A stretch of 63,256 bases of DNA, counting the filler, from Octopus bimaculoides (taxonomy: Eukaryota): the NCBI RefSeq assembly GCF_001194135.2. It is 6 parts of 6 records of this genome, joined end to end, with 100 filler letters (N's around TTAATTAATTAA, not from the genome) between each part and the next. Parts side by side here need not be neighbours in the genome. Positions count along the whole stretch, not along the records: positions 40,849 to 56,864 come from NC_068998.1; positions 56,965 to 62,149 come from NC_068990.1; positions 62,250 to 63,256 come from NC_068996.1; 3 more parts are not named here. One strand, given 5' to 3'. Each line of letters starts with the position of its first letter. Within the stretch, counting starts at the first letter, position 1. The translations under genes were made by a program, and so were the position numbers. Shown here piece after piece: positions 51,540 to 63,256 of this stretch. The notes below the pieces were generated by a model that had not been told where the DNA came from, did no database searches, and was given only the letters and a program-made list of their open reading frames with translations.

Positions 51540-52270
51540 AGTTAGGGGTTGGGGGTTCAACCCACTAAGGGATAGTATCTATCCAGTATACTGCTGGGAA
51601 GTACCTGGTAATAAATTACCATTAATAAGATGTCTGTTTATAGCTATGAAACATTTTTCGGCGAATTTTGGCATTCTTTAAAAATTTTAAATCTATATTA
51701 ATGGGTAGGACCAATTTGGCAAAAACATGAACAGAGTCTGGTAGCAAACCTGTGTCATCGTCATTTTTATGCATGTGCATAAAATAGTGAAATTTTAAAC
51801 TTTGGGGCAGATTTTGTCAAATTGATGTCACAACAGCTAGTGTGCAAGATGTCTAAATTCTGCTTGAGAAATAAAATGCTCTTACCTAATCAAACCCTGG
51901 AATGCTGTGGAATTAAGACAACGAATTGAAATAATAAGTTTTAGCAAATCAAACCAATTCACATTGAAATGAAGAATTAGCAAATGCTAAATAGATTACC
52001 ATTAATAAGCTGTCTCTTTATACCCATGAAACATTTTTTCGTCAAATTTCGACATTTATTGACATGGCTAGTGCCAAAAATGTCGAAATTTTATGATTTT
52101 TGGAAAATCGATGCTGGTGAAAAATTGAATTTTTAAAAAATTCCAAGTGCATAAGTGACCACATGGGCAAAAGTACCACACATGTGTCAAGTTTCATCAA
52201 GGTCTGTTGGATAGACTTGGAGGAATTAAAGTAACAAATTCACAAACACACAAACTTGCCATTTATTATT
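51540..52270. mobile_element. Putative non-autonomous DNA element (Helentron/HINE-like end) with an internal direct repeat
   Basis: AAGTTTCATCAAGG...ACAAACACACAAAC...TTATTATTAT end; ATTACCATTAATAAG block repeated at about 51616 and 51993. Confidence 0.35.
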
Positions 52271-52733
52271 ATTATATATATATATGTGTATATGTATAAA
52301 TATACGTATATACGTATATTTACATATATACACACATACATACAACCCAATAAGGACATGCCATCTTAAATACAAGGCACATTTGATAATGTTTTCATCA
52401 ATATACCCACAAAGACAGGATTGCCAGTACTATATAATGTTTGATTTGCATATACTCATTTGTAGACATAAGCAAAGAGATGCAAATACTCACATAACCA
52501 TTCCTACACACACTCTCGTATTCTATCTTTGTGTCAGTTGACATGAAAATAGCTCACTGAGTTTACTCTCTATATGTCTTACTATTTCACTAATTATCCG
52601 TTTATGCCTATTTCTCTCTGTATATTATCATTTTATCCAAACTCTGTGTGAATTTGATTGCATTGTAACAGGCAGGAAATATCCAGTGAATTTAATGCAT
52701 TAAGTATATCGATATATGTGTGAGTATGTGTGT

Positions 52734-52776
<43 letters not shown>

Positions 52777-52950
52777 CATGCATATATGCATGTATGCATG
52801 TGTGCATATATGTACATACATGCATACATACATGTACACACATAAATTTATGTAGATAGGTATGTGCATAGGTGGATATGATTTTATGTGCATGTATCTA
52901 TGTGTATTTATGCATGCATACATATGCATATGTGTGTACACAGATGTATA

Positions 52951-53336
52951 CAAGGTCTGATCAATAAGTATCCGGATTGTTGCCATAGTAACAAAGCTAT
53001 AACACGCAGAGTGAAGCCACTTGGTGAAGATTGACCTTGAACTCTGAAAACTGTTTAAAAACTTTGTGTAGGCCTTTGGACAGGTATCACCAAGCTTTTG
53101 GTAAAATTTTATGCAGATTCTATGCTCGATATTTTCTGGCATGGTTAATTCGATGATCACACTCTATACACCTTCCTTCCAAGCATTGCTGTATATAGCA
53201 GAAGTGAGCTAGAATGCCAAAACTCAATACACATGCAGAGCAGAGTTTAAGGTCAATCTACACCAGGTGGCCTTACTCTGCATACTTTAGTTTCATTACT
53301 ATGGCAACAGTTTGGATACTCATTGATCAGACCACA
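52951..53336. mobile_element. Mariner-derived MITE with about 95-bp imperfect inverted repeats and a transposase N-terminal remnant (minus)
   Basis: GGTCTGATCAATAAGTATCCGG... versus ...GGATACTCATTGATCAGACC; TA on both flanks; internal MPENIEHRICIKFYQKLGDT. Confidence 0.85.
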
Positions 53337-53388
53337 TATATGTGTTTAAGTGTGAATGTATGTGTGCATGTGTGTGTGTATATATATG

Positions 53389-53422
<34 letters not shown>

Positions 53423-53552
53423 TGTATATATGTATGTATGTATGTGTGTGTATGTGTGTGTATGTATATATTCATATATTTTTATATATACCATAGTAAT
53501 GTAGACAAAAACATGTGTGGGTTTGTTTGGCAGTAACGGTAGTTCTTATATA

Positions 53553-53598
<46 letters not shown>

Positions 53599-53614
53599 AA
53601 CATGTATGTATGTA

Positions 53615-54500
53615 CAGGGAGTTCCAAATGTCTCCCTGCAGTGAATTCTTTTCATCTTGTGCTTGCACAACCTGGCTATCACTGCATGAGCAGCCAGGTG
53701 TCAGTCATTGTGTACCTTTCAGTGTATCGACACATTAACCATTGAAGAACGTACGTTTTTAGTTGAATGGGTGTTTTGTGCTGGAAACAAATACGCAGAT
53801 ACTGTGAAACAGAAGTTCAGTGAAACTTATCCAAATACTGTTGTTCCACATTGTGACACTGTACAGGATTTTATAAGAAAATTTAGAAACACAGGCTCAG
53901 TGGAAGACGCAAGCCCATCAATGTCCTTACGCTAATTGTCACAAGAAACAAAAATCAGCCTAGGAAGTGCTCACACAGCAGTAAAAAAGAAATTAAATTT
54001 CTTTCCATACAAAGTGCTGGTCATTCAAGAATTGAAGACTACGGATCATGCTAAAAGGCTTTATTATTGCCATTAGCTCCAAAACTTTGCTGCCTGAAAA
54101 GGTATAGAAGTGTTGGATGGGTGTTTTTACACCGATGAGGCTTGGTTTCATCTGTCAGGACATAAATTCACAAACCACAAGGTTATGGCACATTGAGAAT
54201 CCACACGAGACACATGAGCAACCTTTGCATCCCCAAAAAGTTGGAGTATGGATAGCAATTGTGGGACCGATATTTTTTGAAGACACCATCAACATCGAGT
54301 GATATTGCTCAAATATTGTCTGTCCATTTGTAGGCCAACTCACTGAAAGTGAAATTAATAATGCATACTTTCAGCAAGTTGGAGCTACAGCACATACTTC
54401 GTGCATCACCATGGCACTACTTCAAGAGTTTTTCAGTGAATGGATTATTTCGAAGGAATTTTGGCCACCAAGATCACCTGATTTAACACCACCAAACTTT
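53615..54500 (+). mobile_element. Tc1/mariner transposase relic (DUF4817-type HTH, rosa-like DDD family)
   Basis: TA|CAGGG start; EERTFLVE...KFRNTGSVED; TDEAWFHLSG; QQVGATAHT; WPPRSPDLTPPNF. Stops and frameshifts present. Confidence 0.9.
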
Positions 54501-54785
54501 TGGTTTAGATGTATTTCTCACTTTCTGGATGTTTCCTCACATCAACGTCATAGAAGGTTTTAATTTTTGTCTTTATATAGAGTCTGACAAGCTGTCCAGA
54601 AGGCTTTGGTTCTGTGGATGAGAAACCTTGGGTAACTCTATATCCAAGATATAAGGGCTTTTGTTGTAACAATTACTGCTCTATTTTTTATAGTGTGCAT
54701 CCCTTTTGATGTATGTTTTATTCTTAATTAACTATAGGTGTGTGTGTGTGTGTGTGTGTGTATACCTAGCCATCATATTTGTGGT

Positions 54786-55837
54786 GTTGGGTCAAAAGTT
54801 TTGCAATATTCTGGTAACTTATTTGCTTTATTCCTGAAGTTACAGCAAAAGTAGCCTAGTAATCAAAGTAGAGGCCATCAGGTCGCACAATTTGGAGCCA
54901 TCTTTCTGCAAGTTCTTTGATCCCACACTGATACCAGTCCTTGTCCATCAAGGTGAAGAACTCTTTCACTGAAGATTATTCCTCCTCTTGGTTAATGACA
55001 AATCATGAGCAAAAGAAGTGAACCATGGATTGGGACAAGTAACAATTAAAAGGAGCTAGTTCTGGGCTGTATGCTGAGTGTGACATCAGTTCGATTTCAT
55101 CAAGTTCCCAAAGTTATTCCAGGTTGTTGGTGTGGTTTGAGATCTTGTGTTGTCTTGTTGCAGAAGACCTCATTTTCTGTTAACCAATGCTGGATATTTT
55201 TGCTGGACAATGGCATACATCCATTGATGGTTGCACCATCCTGAATGAACTCATAGTGAATTGTCTCCTCATAATTTCACCAGCCACAGAGCACAGCCAT
55301 TTGTTCGGTGACATGTTCCAGAAGTAATGCCTTGCTTAACCACTGCTATGCATCTTAAGATTGTGGAATAATATCCACTTTTCACTGCTTGTTATTTTCT
55401 TCTTGGAGTAACACAAACCATGCAGGTTTTTCAGGAGTTCTTTGCAAAGATCTACCCACCTCTCTGCTTGAGTTGATATCAATTCTTGAGGCACAATATT
55501 CAGCAGCCCTAGATAGGTTTGCTGAGGTCACAAAGATGACAAACTACATGACCAGGCATGCTTGATACTTTGGACTGCTACTCGCTAGATTTGCTTCAAT
55601 GGCTTGATGTATGGCTTCGGAATAAATGGTTTTAAGTCTTCCTAACAAAGCCTGATTGTTGAAGTTTTTGCAAACCAAGGAAAATTTCACAAACTGTCTG
55701 GCTACTGTACTGTGATCAACTGTGCCTTCACCTTTAACACAAGAAATAAATTGGATTGCCTCTATGGCACTGTGGGCACATAATAAACATGCCACAAACG
55801 AGCATGTATGCAAAAGTTGCTAAATTTTTGACTAACC
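54786..55837 (-). mobile_element. Mariner (DD34D-type) relic with degenerate TIRs
   Basis: Minus-strand HSAYSPELAPFNCY (55048-55080), CGIKELAERW and N-terminal KGEGTVDHSTVARQFVKF; TIR-like GTTGGGTCAAAAGTTTTGC and GGTTAGTCAAAAATTTAGC. Confidence 0.75.
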
Positions 55838-56225
55838 TTTGTATTCAAATGCATCAGAAAATGTACAGTTACGAAGGTATTTATCCTGGGATATCTCTTA
55901 TGGACATGCCATGTTTGAAAGTGCAATATATATTTAGAGGCAGACCAAAATCATCTTAACTGGTACTGGTGAGAATGCTAGATGTTTCTCTGCCTAGTCG
56001 GGCATTGTCAGTACTATGTACTCACAGCCAATTGTATAAGATGAAATTTGTACCTATCAATTTTGGAAAACAGTGAATAAACAAACACTAAAGTTGGAAA
56101 TAGCTGCCCATGTGAATAAAATTCTGTTATATTCATCAGAAGTAGTATTAAATCAAAATAGCCATCTGTTGTGTTTAGTTTAAATACATCACCAGAGGCA
56201 AATTTTCTGTGGTATTTATCCTTAG

Positions 56226-56274
56226 GTGGATGAATACTGCAGCAAATGTTTTATTTGCAGTGATTTTATATTAG
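56226..56274 (+). CDS. Candidate exon (VDEYCSKCFICSDFIL)
   Basis: TTTATCCTTAG| acceptor, G|GTATGA donor, 49 nt. Confidence 0.25.
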
Positions 56275-56518
56275 GTATGAGAGAGAGAGATGGTGAGAGA
56301 GATTACTATTTTAAGCTAAACTACTTTTGTTGCATATAACACACACACACAAACACACAGGTGTTTGTGTATGCATATGGTAGTTTTTGCACTGCTTTAA
56401 ATTGCAGTGAAGTAGAATATATTTTCAAACCCCTTAGCCATGTCAGAAAAAAATCATTTATTTAAAAGGTGTGTTTGTATTTATCAATACTCAGAGTTTC
56501 TCTCTCCTGTTCTTACAG

Positions 56519-56589
56519 GCAAGCATCAATGTGTTATTTCAGGCCTGTTATATATATACATTATAGATGGCACAAGTATTTCTGTTCAG
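56519..56589 (+). CDS. Candidate exon (KHQCVISGLLYIYIIDGTSISVQ)
   Basis: TTTCTCTCTCCTGTTCTTACAG| acceptor and CAG|GTGACA donor; phase-compatible with 56226-56274. Confidence 0.2.
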
Positions 56590-56864
56590 GTGACAGAGAA
56601 CACCAATTTACACACATTTTCATCTGAAATATTATAGGAGAAGAAGGAGAAGGAGAAGAAGGAGAAGGAGAAGGAGAAGGAAAAACTAAACTTTTATCAA
56701 AATTATCTAAATTTCCTAAAGACATCTAAAGTATTCTGTACGTTAAGGCATTATCATTTCAGATTTATCGTTTTGAACCTACAGTAACCTTAATGATGTC
56801 ATTAAGTTTTATTGAATATAATTCTCCCAGTGATGATAAATATAGCAAATAACGCTCACACACA

Positions 56865-56964
56865 NNNNNNNNNNNNNNNNNNNNNNNNNNNNNNNNNNNN
56901 NNNNNNNNTTAATTAATTAANNNNNNNNNNNNNNNNNNNNNNNNNNNNNNNNNNNNNNNNNNNN
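56865..56964. other. Artificial 100-bp scaffold join with TTAATTAATTAA
   Basis: Spacer at 56909-56920. Confidence 0.95.
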
Positions 56965-56968
56965 TATA

Positions 56969-57010
<42 letters not shown>

Positions 57011-57059
57011 CATATATATATGCACGCACGCACACACACACACACGAATCTTTATAAAC

Positions 57060-57280
57060 ATTGGCTTCGATCTTTGGTCCAATGCCAATAATTTCGGCGA
57101 TGCGCGGAGGTCTAAGTCGATTGCATCGATCTTAGTGATCAACTGGCACTTATCTAATCGACCCCAAAAGGATGAAAGGCAAAGTCAACCTCGGCAAAAT
57201 ATGAACTCAGGGCGTAAAAACAGGTGAAATAGCGCTCAGCCTTTTGCCCGGCGCACTATCGATTCAGCCAGTTCACCGTC
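57060..57280 (-). mobile_element. Family B SINE
   Basis: ATCGACCCCAAAAGGATGAAAGGCAAAGTCAACCTCGGC...GATTCAGCCAGTTCACCG. Confidence 0.85.
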
Positions 57281-58307
57281 TTGATCTTTATAAAATATTG
57301 CAATACACCAGTACCTGATACACCGTATGTAACATCATATTATATACTGTTATATATTATTATTATTATCATATAATATATTTATTAAATTATATTACAT
57401 AATATTATATTGTATTGTATTATATTATATTTTGTTGCGCTATGTTATATTATAGGAGAGATGTTAGTCTCTGTTATGTTACGTCATTCGATATTGCTTT
57501 TTCTATGTCTCTAGAATGTTTTCTTCCAATGTTTATAGAAATAATACATATACATAACCGATATCTCTGAGGTTTATTGTTTTGTTTTCGTTAGATCATA
57601 TTCGTGGGTGTCTCTGTAATTCGAGGTGTCAGATGTAGTGAATCTTGTGTTCTTGCGATGGTCATTCAGTCCTAGAGCAGATTTAATCAAGCAACCGTAT
57701 ACATGTTCAAAAGCATTCCAGTTTTCGCCATATTTTCTATTGTTTTTCAGACATTATACACCAACAGCTACGTTAGCAGCTCTGCCCTTCCTTTTTAGGG
57801 CAATGGGCAATGTTCCCTCTAACTTGTTGCTGTGGGTGTTCACAGAAATTTGCCTGTTTGCAAATTTTGTTTTTCTCTGCAAAGTATGCGCGCATCCATG
57901 CGAGGAACAATCGCTCATATTTCTTCACTTAAAAAATCTTCCTTTTCTACTTATAAAGCATGTGTGTGCGCATTCAAGCGCACTTCTAAAAGGGAATACT
58001 GAGCTAATGGGTCTCAATTTTTTTCTTTTCCTTTCTTTTCTTTTTTTTTTTTTTTTTCATTTTAGAGCAAATAAAAAAAATATCTTGGTGCACTCTTTGC
58101 ATAAAGCCGAAGAATGTATTTAAAAGGTACGTATATGCTTTAACCTGTATATAGAAATATTTTAAACTACGAAAAATTATAATAATCTGCAAAAAGCTGT
58201 TTTATAAATTAAATGAAATGGGGCTAAGATAAACATGGCTTTGTATCAATAATCTGAATTTCAGTTTGTATTTTTCATATTTCTTCAATAATTTATTATT
58301 ATCGCAG

Positions 58308-58381
58308 CCCAGCCATCTCAATCTCGCCACACCTCAATGGAACGCACCATTTGGGCCTTGTTACCTTACGCTGTGGCTTGA
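58308..58381 (+). CDS. Candidate terminal exon (QPSQSRHTSMERTIWALLPYAVA*)
   Basis: TTTATTATTATCGCAG| acceptor; phase-1 frame ends in a short hydrophobic tail and TGA. Confidence 0.2.
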
Positions 58382-59059
58382 GACATATTTGTTTGCTCTC
58401 TTCCTAAAAGGTTGACTGACCGCTTCTTAGAGAGTGGTTCTTAGCCTGGTCAGAAGCACCCTTTGTGGACCTGTGAGCTCATAAGAGTACGAGGCGGCAA
58501 ATATGAAAAGTATGCTGGGGGAAGTGTTGTGTATTTAGAGGAGTCGGAATTTTCCTTTGAAATAAAACATTGAAACCGAGTACAACGCTTTTAGTTTAAA
58601 CACATTTTCAAACACGACTTGTCAGTAGTGGAATATAAGTTGGAGTTTGTATTATCAGTGAGCTGCAACATGATCAAAAAATATTCCAAAGTTTAATTCA
58701 GGTTCACTTTAAACCTTCACATTAAGTAATTTCTATAAAATGTTAACATAGGGGGAACTAACCGACGTAAATAGCTAAAAGAAAACATGGATAACAAGCC
58801 ACTGTGGGGAATTAGTTTTATTGTCATAAAAAGTATTTCTGTTTATTTTTCCATAAGAAAAAAAACATGTCCGGTAAGTTTACTGTCATCAGTTCACCAC
58901 AGAGAAAGTTCACCGTAAGGAATATTCATCGTAAGGAATGTTCACCGTAAGGAATGTTCACCGAAATCCTTGACTGCACGTTTTGATCTCTATTACTTTC
59001 GTTTTTCTTTTTTTTTTCTTTCAATAAAATAGTTTTGAACTATTAATGGTGAGGCACTA

Positions 59060-59530
59060 TGGATATATTGGTAGTGGTGGTGGTGGTTGTGGTGGTGATG
59101 GTAGTGATGGTGGTAGTTGTGGTTGTAGTTGTGGTGGTTGTAGTGGTGGTGGTGGTTGTCGTGGTTGTCGTGGTAGTGGTGGTGGTAGTGGTGGTGATGG
59201 TAGCGGTATTGGTGGTTGTGGTGGCGGTGGTTGTGGTGGTAGTAGTTGTGGTTGTGCTGGTAGTGGTGGTGGTGGTACTGGTAGTTGTGGTAGTTGTTGA
59301 GGTGGTGGTGGTTGTGGAGGTTGTGGTGTGTTGGTGGTTGTGGTTGTGCTGGTAGTGGTGGTGATGGTAGTAGTAGTAGTGGTAGTGGCGGTTGTGGTAG
59401 TTTTTGAGGTGGTGGTTGTTCTGGTGGTTGTGGTGGTTGTGATGTGTTGGTAGTTGTGATGTGTTGGTGGTAGTAGTGGTGATGGTAGTGGTGGTGGTCA
59501 TTGTTGTGGTAGTAGTGGTGGTGGTTGTGG
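59060..59530. repeat. Degenerate (GGT/TGT/TAG)n low-complexity tract
   Basis: Direct inspection. Confidence 0.9.
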
Positions 59531-59619
59531 TAGTAAGACGCTTGTTCTATGTAATCTGTTGCCACGTCATTATGTCTGCTGGAAGTCGGATTTTCCTTAC
59601 ATTTACGACACGCGTGTAC

Positions 59620-59703
<84 letters not shown>

Positions 59704-59854
59704 ATGTATGTGTGTGTGTAATCGGGTGGGTGTATGTGTGTGAGAGAGTGAGAAAGAGAGAAATAGAAAGGGGGAGAGAGTAAGAGATACATACAGATAA
59801 AAATAACGAGAGATAGAGAAAGATAGATAAATAAGGTAAGAGAGAGAGAAAGCT

Positions 59855-59933
<79 letters not shown>

Positions 59934-60286
59934 AAGACTGAGAGTAAAAGAAAGAGAGAGAGAGCATGTGTGGGGGTGGAAAACTAAAGAAGCCTTTCAA
60001 GAAATTAATAGGACTCGGGTTCTCCCGAGAACATCAGAGATTGAAATAACAACATCAAACATGACGATCTACAACAACAGCAACAACAACAATTACATAA
60101 ATAAAGACGCTTATTCGTCCATTTTCAATGCCAGTTTGGGAATCAGAGCGTAAGAGCGAACAGATTGAAGCTATTTCTCACGGAAAAGCTCAGTAACAAT
60201 CTTAAAATTCCGAGTAATTGTTCTCAAAAGCCTCCTTCTGTATTTAGATTGGATATGGATTTGTGCTAGCGGACCCGTGTGTGTAT

Positions 60287-60317
<31 letters not shown>

Positions 60318-60413
60318 ACGCGTTGGCGATGAGGAAAGAATTCGCAATTGCTATGCATACTCACTCAGACACACACACACACATGCACACACCCGTATGT
60401 ACTCATAGCCGCC

Positions 60414-60538
<125 letters not shown>

Positions 60539-60864
60539 ATATGAACACGCATCTACATGGTACATGGGTACTTGTCTGTGTGACAGGTCGCATCGAAAGG
60601 AAGCATAAAGAAACAGGGTGTAGGCGTTGCATTTACTGGTTGAATGCGTAGATGCTTGCGTAACATATGGGGCATAAACGAAGTACACACACACACACAC
60701 AGACGCACACACCTACATGCCCATCTATATAGACACAGATATGAATATATGATTGCGTATAATGTTTGTCTATCTGTCTGTCTGTCTGTCTGTCTGCCTG
60801 ACTGGCTGTCTAATATCTATCTCTTTCTCTGTCTCTCTGTCTCTCTCTCTACATATTTTCCTTT

Positions 60865-61078
60865 GTATTCTTTTATTTGTTTCCGTCATTTGACTGCGGC
60901 CATGCTGGAGCACCGCCTTCAGTCAAACAAATCGACCCCAGGACGTATTCTTTGTAAGCCTAGTACTTATGCTATCATTTTGTTTTGCTGAACTGCTAAG
61001 TTACGGAGACGTAAACACACCAGCATCGGTTTTCAAGCTATGTTGGTTGGCGGGGGGGGGACAAACACAGACACACAA

Positions 61079-61117
<39 letters not shown>

Positions 61118-61165
61118 CACATATACGGCGATCTTCTTTCAGTTACCGTCTACCAAATCCATTCA
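60865..61165 (-). mobile_element. Family A SINE, 3' two-thirds
   Basis: CATTTGACTGCGGCCATGCTGGAGCACCGCC...CGTCTACCAAATCCATTCACAAGGCTTT. Confidence 0.85.
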
Positions 61166-61600
61166 CAAGGCTTTTTATTTTTCGTCGTTCTTTCTTTTCG
61201 ATCTTAGAATCAAACAGGCATCATGTGTCGGTTAGTAAGCAACTTTCTTTTCCTTGTCTATAATTTTCCATTATTTTCTAAATTTTTCTCCGTTTGAATA
61301 GAAAAATCCCGCAAAATATTACATTTTTCCGACTCTAGTACTTTTTCAACCTAATGATTGTACCCAATTCTGATAAAGTCTTTGCCTAGCTTCTAACGCT
61401 GGAGTTGTACTACAGTGTCAGCTGTTCACTACCAGTGAACTAAGGTAACACCCCTTATTTTTCGAGCATCTTCCGGAGTATTCGAGCGGTTCCAAGCAGT
61501 GCTGTTTTCTGCAAGTGCTTCACCTTTATTGCAGCCCCTATTTGTTCCACGTACTTCTCGAGATTTTTGCACATATACATACATACATACATACATACAT

Positions 61601-61758
61601 AGGCAATCTTTATATCCAACTCAATTTGGATGTTTCGTCAGAACATCAAATCTTGCATTATTTACCTCGAGAGGTCTTCTCATGTGGATGAATGGTGCTT
61701 AAAAGCGCCACAGTGTTCTAACAAAGCAACCACTTTAAGTTGGATATGAAGATTGCCT
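61601..61758. mobile_element. 158-bp MITE-like element with 21-bp TIRs
   Basis: AGGCAATCTTTATATCCAACT and AGTTGGATATGAAGATTGCCT (20/21 complementary). Confidence 0.7.
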
Positions 61759-62113
61759 TTGATACGAATACTACTTTTGTCGCCATTAATTATACGTACA
61801 TACATACCATGCATGTGATCACTCGCGTGGGAGGACGCGCGCGTGATGATACGTGAGAATTAGGTTATAAATCTGGGATCGTTGACTCCTTTCAGTGGGA
61901 ACATATGAAATAGGGAGCGGAAAAAAAGTTTCGAATGTGTGAATGTATTGAGATTCATGTAACAAAAGAATCATTTAGACATGATCCCTAATGAATAATT
62001 ATTCAAAACAAACGAATAACAACTTGTTATATTCAATGAATTAAACACACGCTGATATACACACTGACATACGCATAGCCTCTCAATCACAGATGGAGAC
62101 ACTAACATAGAAA

Positions 62114-62149
<36 letters not shown>

Positions 62150-62249
62150 NNNNNNNNNNNNNNNNNNNNNNNNNNNNNNNNNNNNNNNNNNNNTTAATTA
62201 ATTAANNNNNNNNNNNNNNNNNNNNNNNNNNNNNNNNNNNNNNNNNNNN
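62150..62249. other. Artificial 100-bp scaffold join with TTAATTAATTAA
   Basis: Spacer at 62194-62205. Confidence 0.95.
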
Positions 62250-62288
<39 letters not shown>

Positions 62289-62349
62289 ATATGCATGTAT
62301 GTATGTATGTATGTATATATGCATACACGTAAAGCAATTTTCTGACAAG

Positions 62350-63256
62350 TGTTTTGTAATCGACACATACTCGAAAAGCGAGTGTGGATGGATAGAGGTA
62401 TTTCCTTGCTGACAAAAATCAGTGTCTATTGACTGCCCTTCTTTATTCGAGTGAGACGTGAACCGTTCACAGGCGTCGTATGAAAGTGTAGGAGCGATTA
62501 CATCAAAAATGCCTCAGGCGTGTCTTGGGAGTCGAGTGGGAATGTTTCATACAAAATGCAGAAGTTTTGCGCATGGCACGTTCTAACTAATTTGAACAAC
62601 ATGTCATCTTAGCTCAAATGAGATGGACTGAATGTGTTAGTAGAATGAAAGATGAGCGATTGCCAAAGCGTCTCTTTAATGGTTAACTCAACTCTAGTGA
62701 GCAACCACAAAATAAGTCGAGGAAAATGTATAAAGACTGTGTGAAGGAAAACGAAGAAACTAGATATGGACAATAGTGAATGGGAAAAACAGATGCTCTG
62801 GGTAGGAACAAGTGGAGAGGTGCTCTTAGGATTGATTGCAACAGCTGGGAGGGAATAAATGAGTCAGATCTTTGAGCTTAAAAGATCTGTCTGAAAGGAA
62901 CAATTGGAATTGAAATCAACAGTGATTATTGGATATGTATTGTGTGTGATCATGTTCTGTTTTTCAAAAGCAGGTTGCGTGTATCATATGAAGTCATACA
63001 GAAAATCAAAATGCCCAAGCAGGTGAGAATCTCGAACCCCGACCGCCTCTTACAACTTCTCCATATGTTACAAAACCTGTAAAATATCTGGACTTAAAAG
63101 ACGTATGCTAGTTCACAAAAAATATTCCTTCAGAATCAGATTCCAAAGGCAAAGATGTGGAAAGAACTTGAATAATATCTGTACACTTGTGTTTTAAACC
63201 CTGTCAGTCAGCAGCTGGTCTTAAAAGTCATCAACGGAGGGATTGTACTGTGTGAT
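62350..63256 (+). mobile_element. RTE LINE C-terminal region with three degenerate C2H2 fingers
   Basis: RVWMDRGISLLTKISVY, LLYSSET, HQKCLRRVLG, QMRWT..V.RMKDERLPKRL, YKDCVK; finger remnants at about 62934, 63062 and 63180. Confidence 0.85.

Noticed and set aside
57626-58123. 165-aa plus-strand ORF, the longest non-repeat ORF
   Set aside because: F/L-rich composition reflects T-rich DNA; no domain is recognisable; it contains strong internal acceptors suggesting intronic or UTR sequence.
58993-60000. 335-aa minus-strand His/Pro/Thr-rich ORF
   Set aside because: Translation of (CT)n, (CA)n and (ACC/ACA)n repeats.

Overview
AT-rich, microsatellite-dense, gap-ridden eukaryotic scaffold. The SINE families and repeat make-up look like an octopus (coleoid cephalopod) genome, most likely Octopus bimaculoides; this is my recognition, not a database result. 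I cannot identify any protein-coding gene with confidence. Almost all long ORFs in the track are N-gap or microsatellite artefacts. Recognisable sequence is transposon-derived: at least five tRNA- or LINE-related SINE families; RTE, R4/Dong, CR1-like and other LINE relics; and several Tc1/mariner relics and MITEs. Five identical 100-bp scaffold joins carry a TTAATTAATTAA spacer. A few short candidate exons with good splice signals suggest a large-intron gene may span the window. The most interesting signal is two repeat families carrying Penelope-type minimal hammerhead ribozyme motifs. One family has a tRNA-derived Pol III head and also occurs as an inverted, TSD-flanked insertion, which suggests a ribozyme-bearing SINE mobilised by Penelope-like enzymes.
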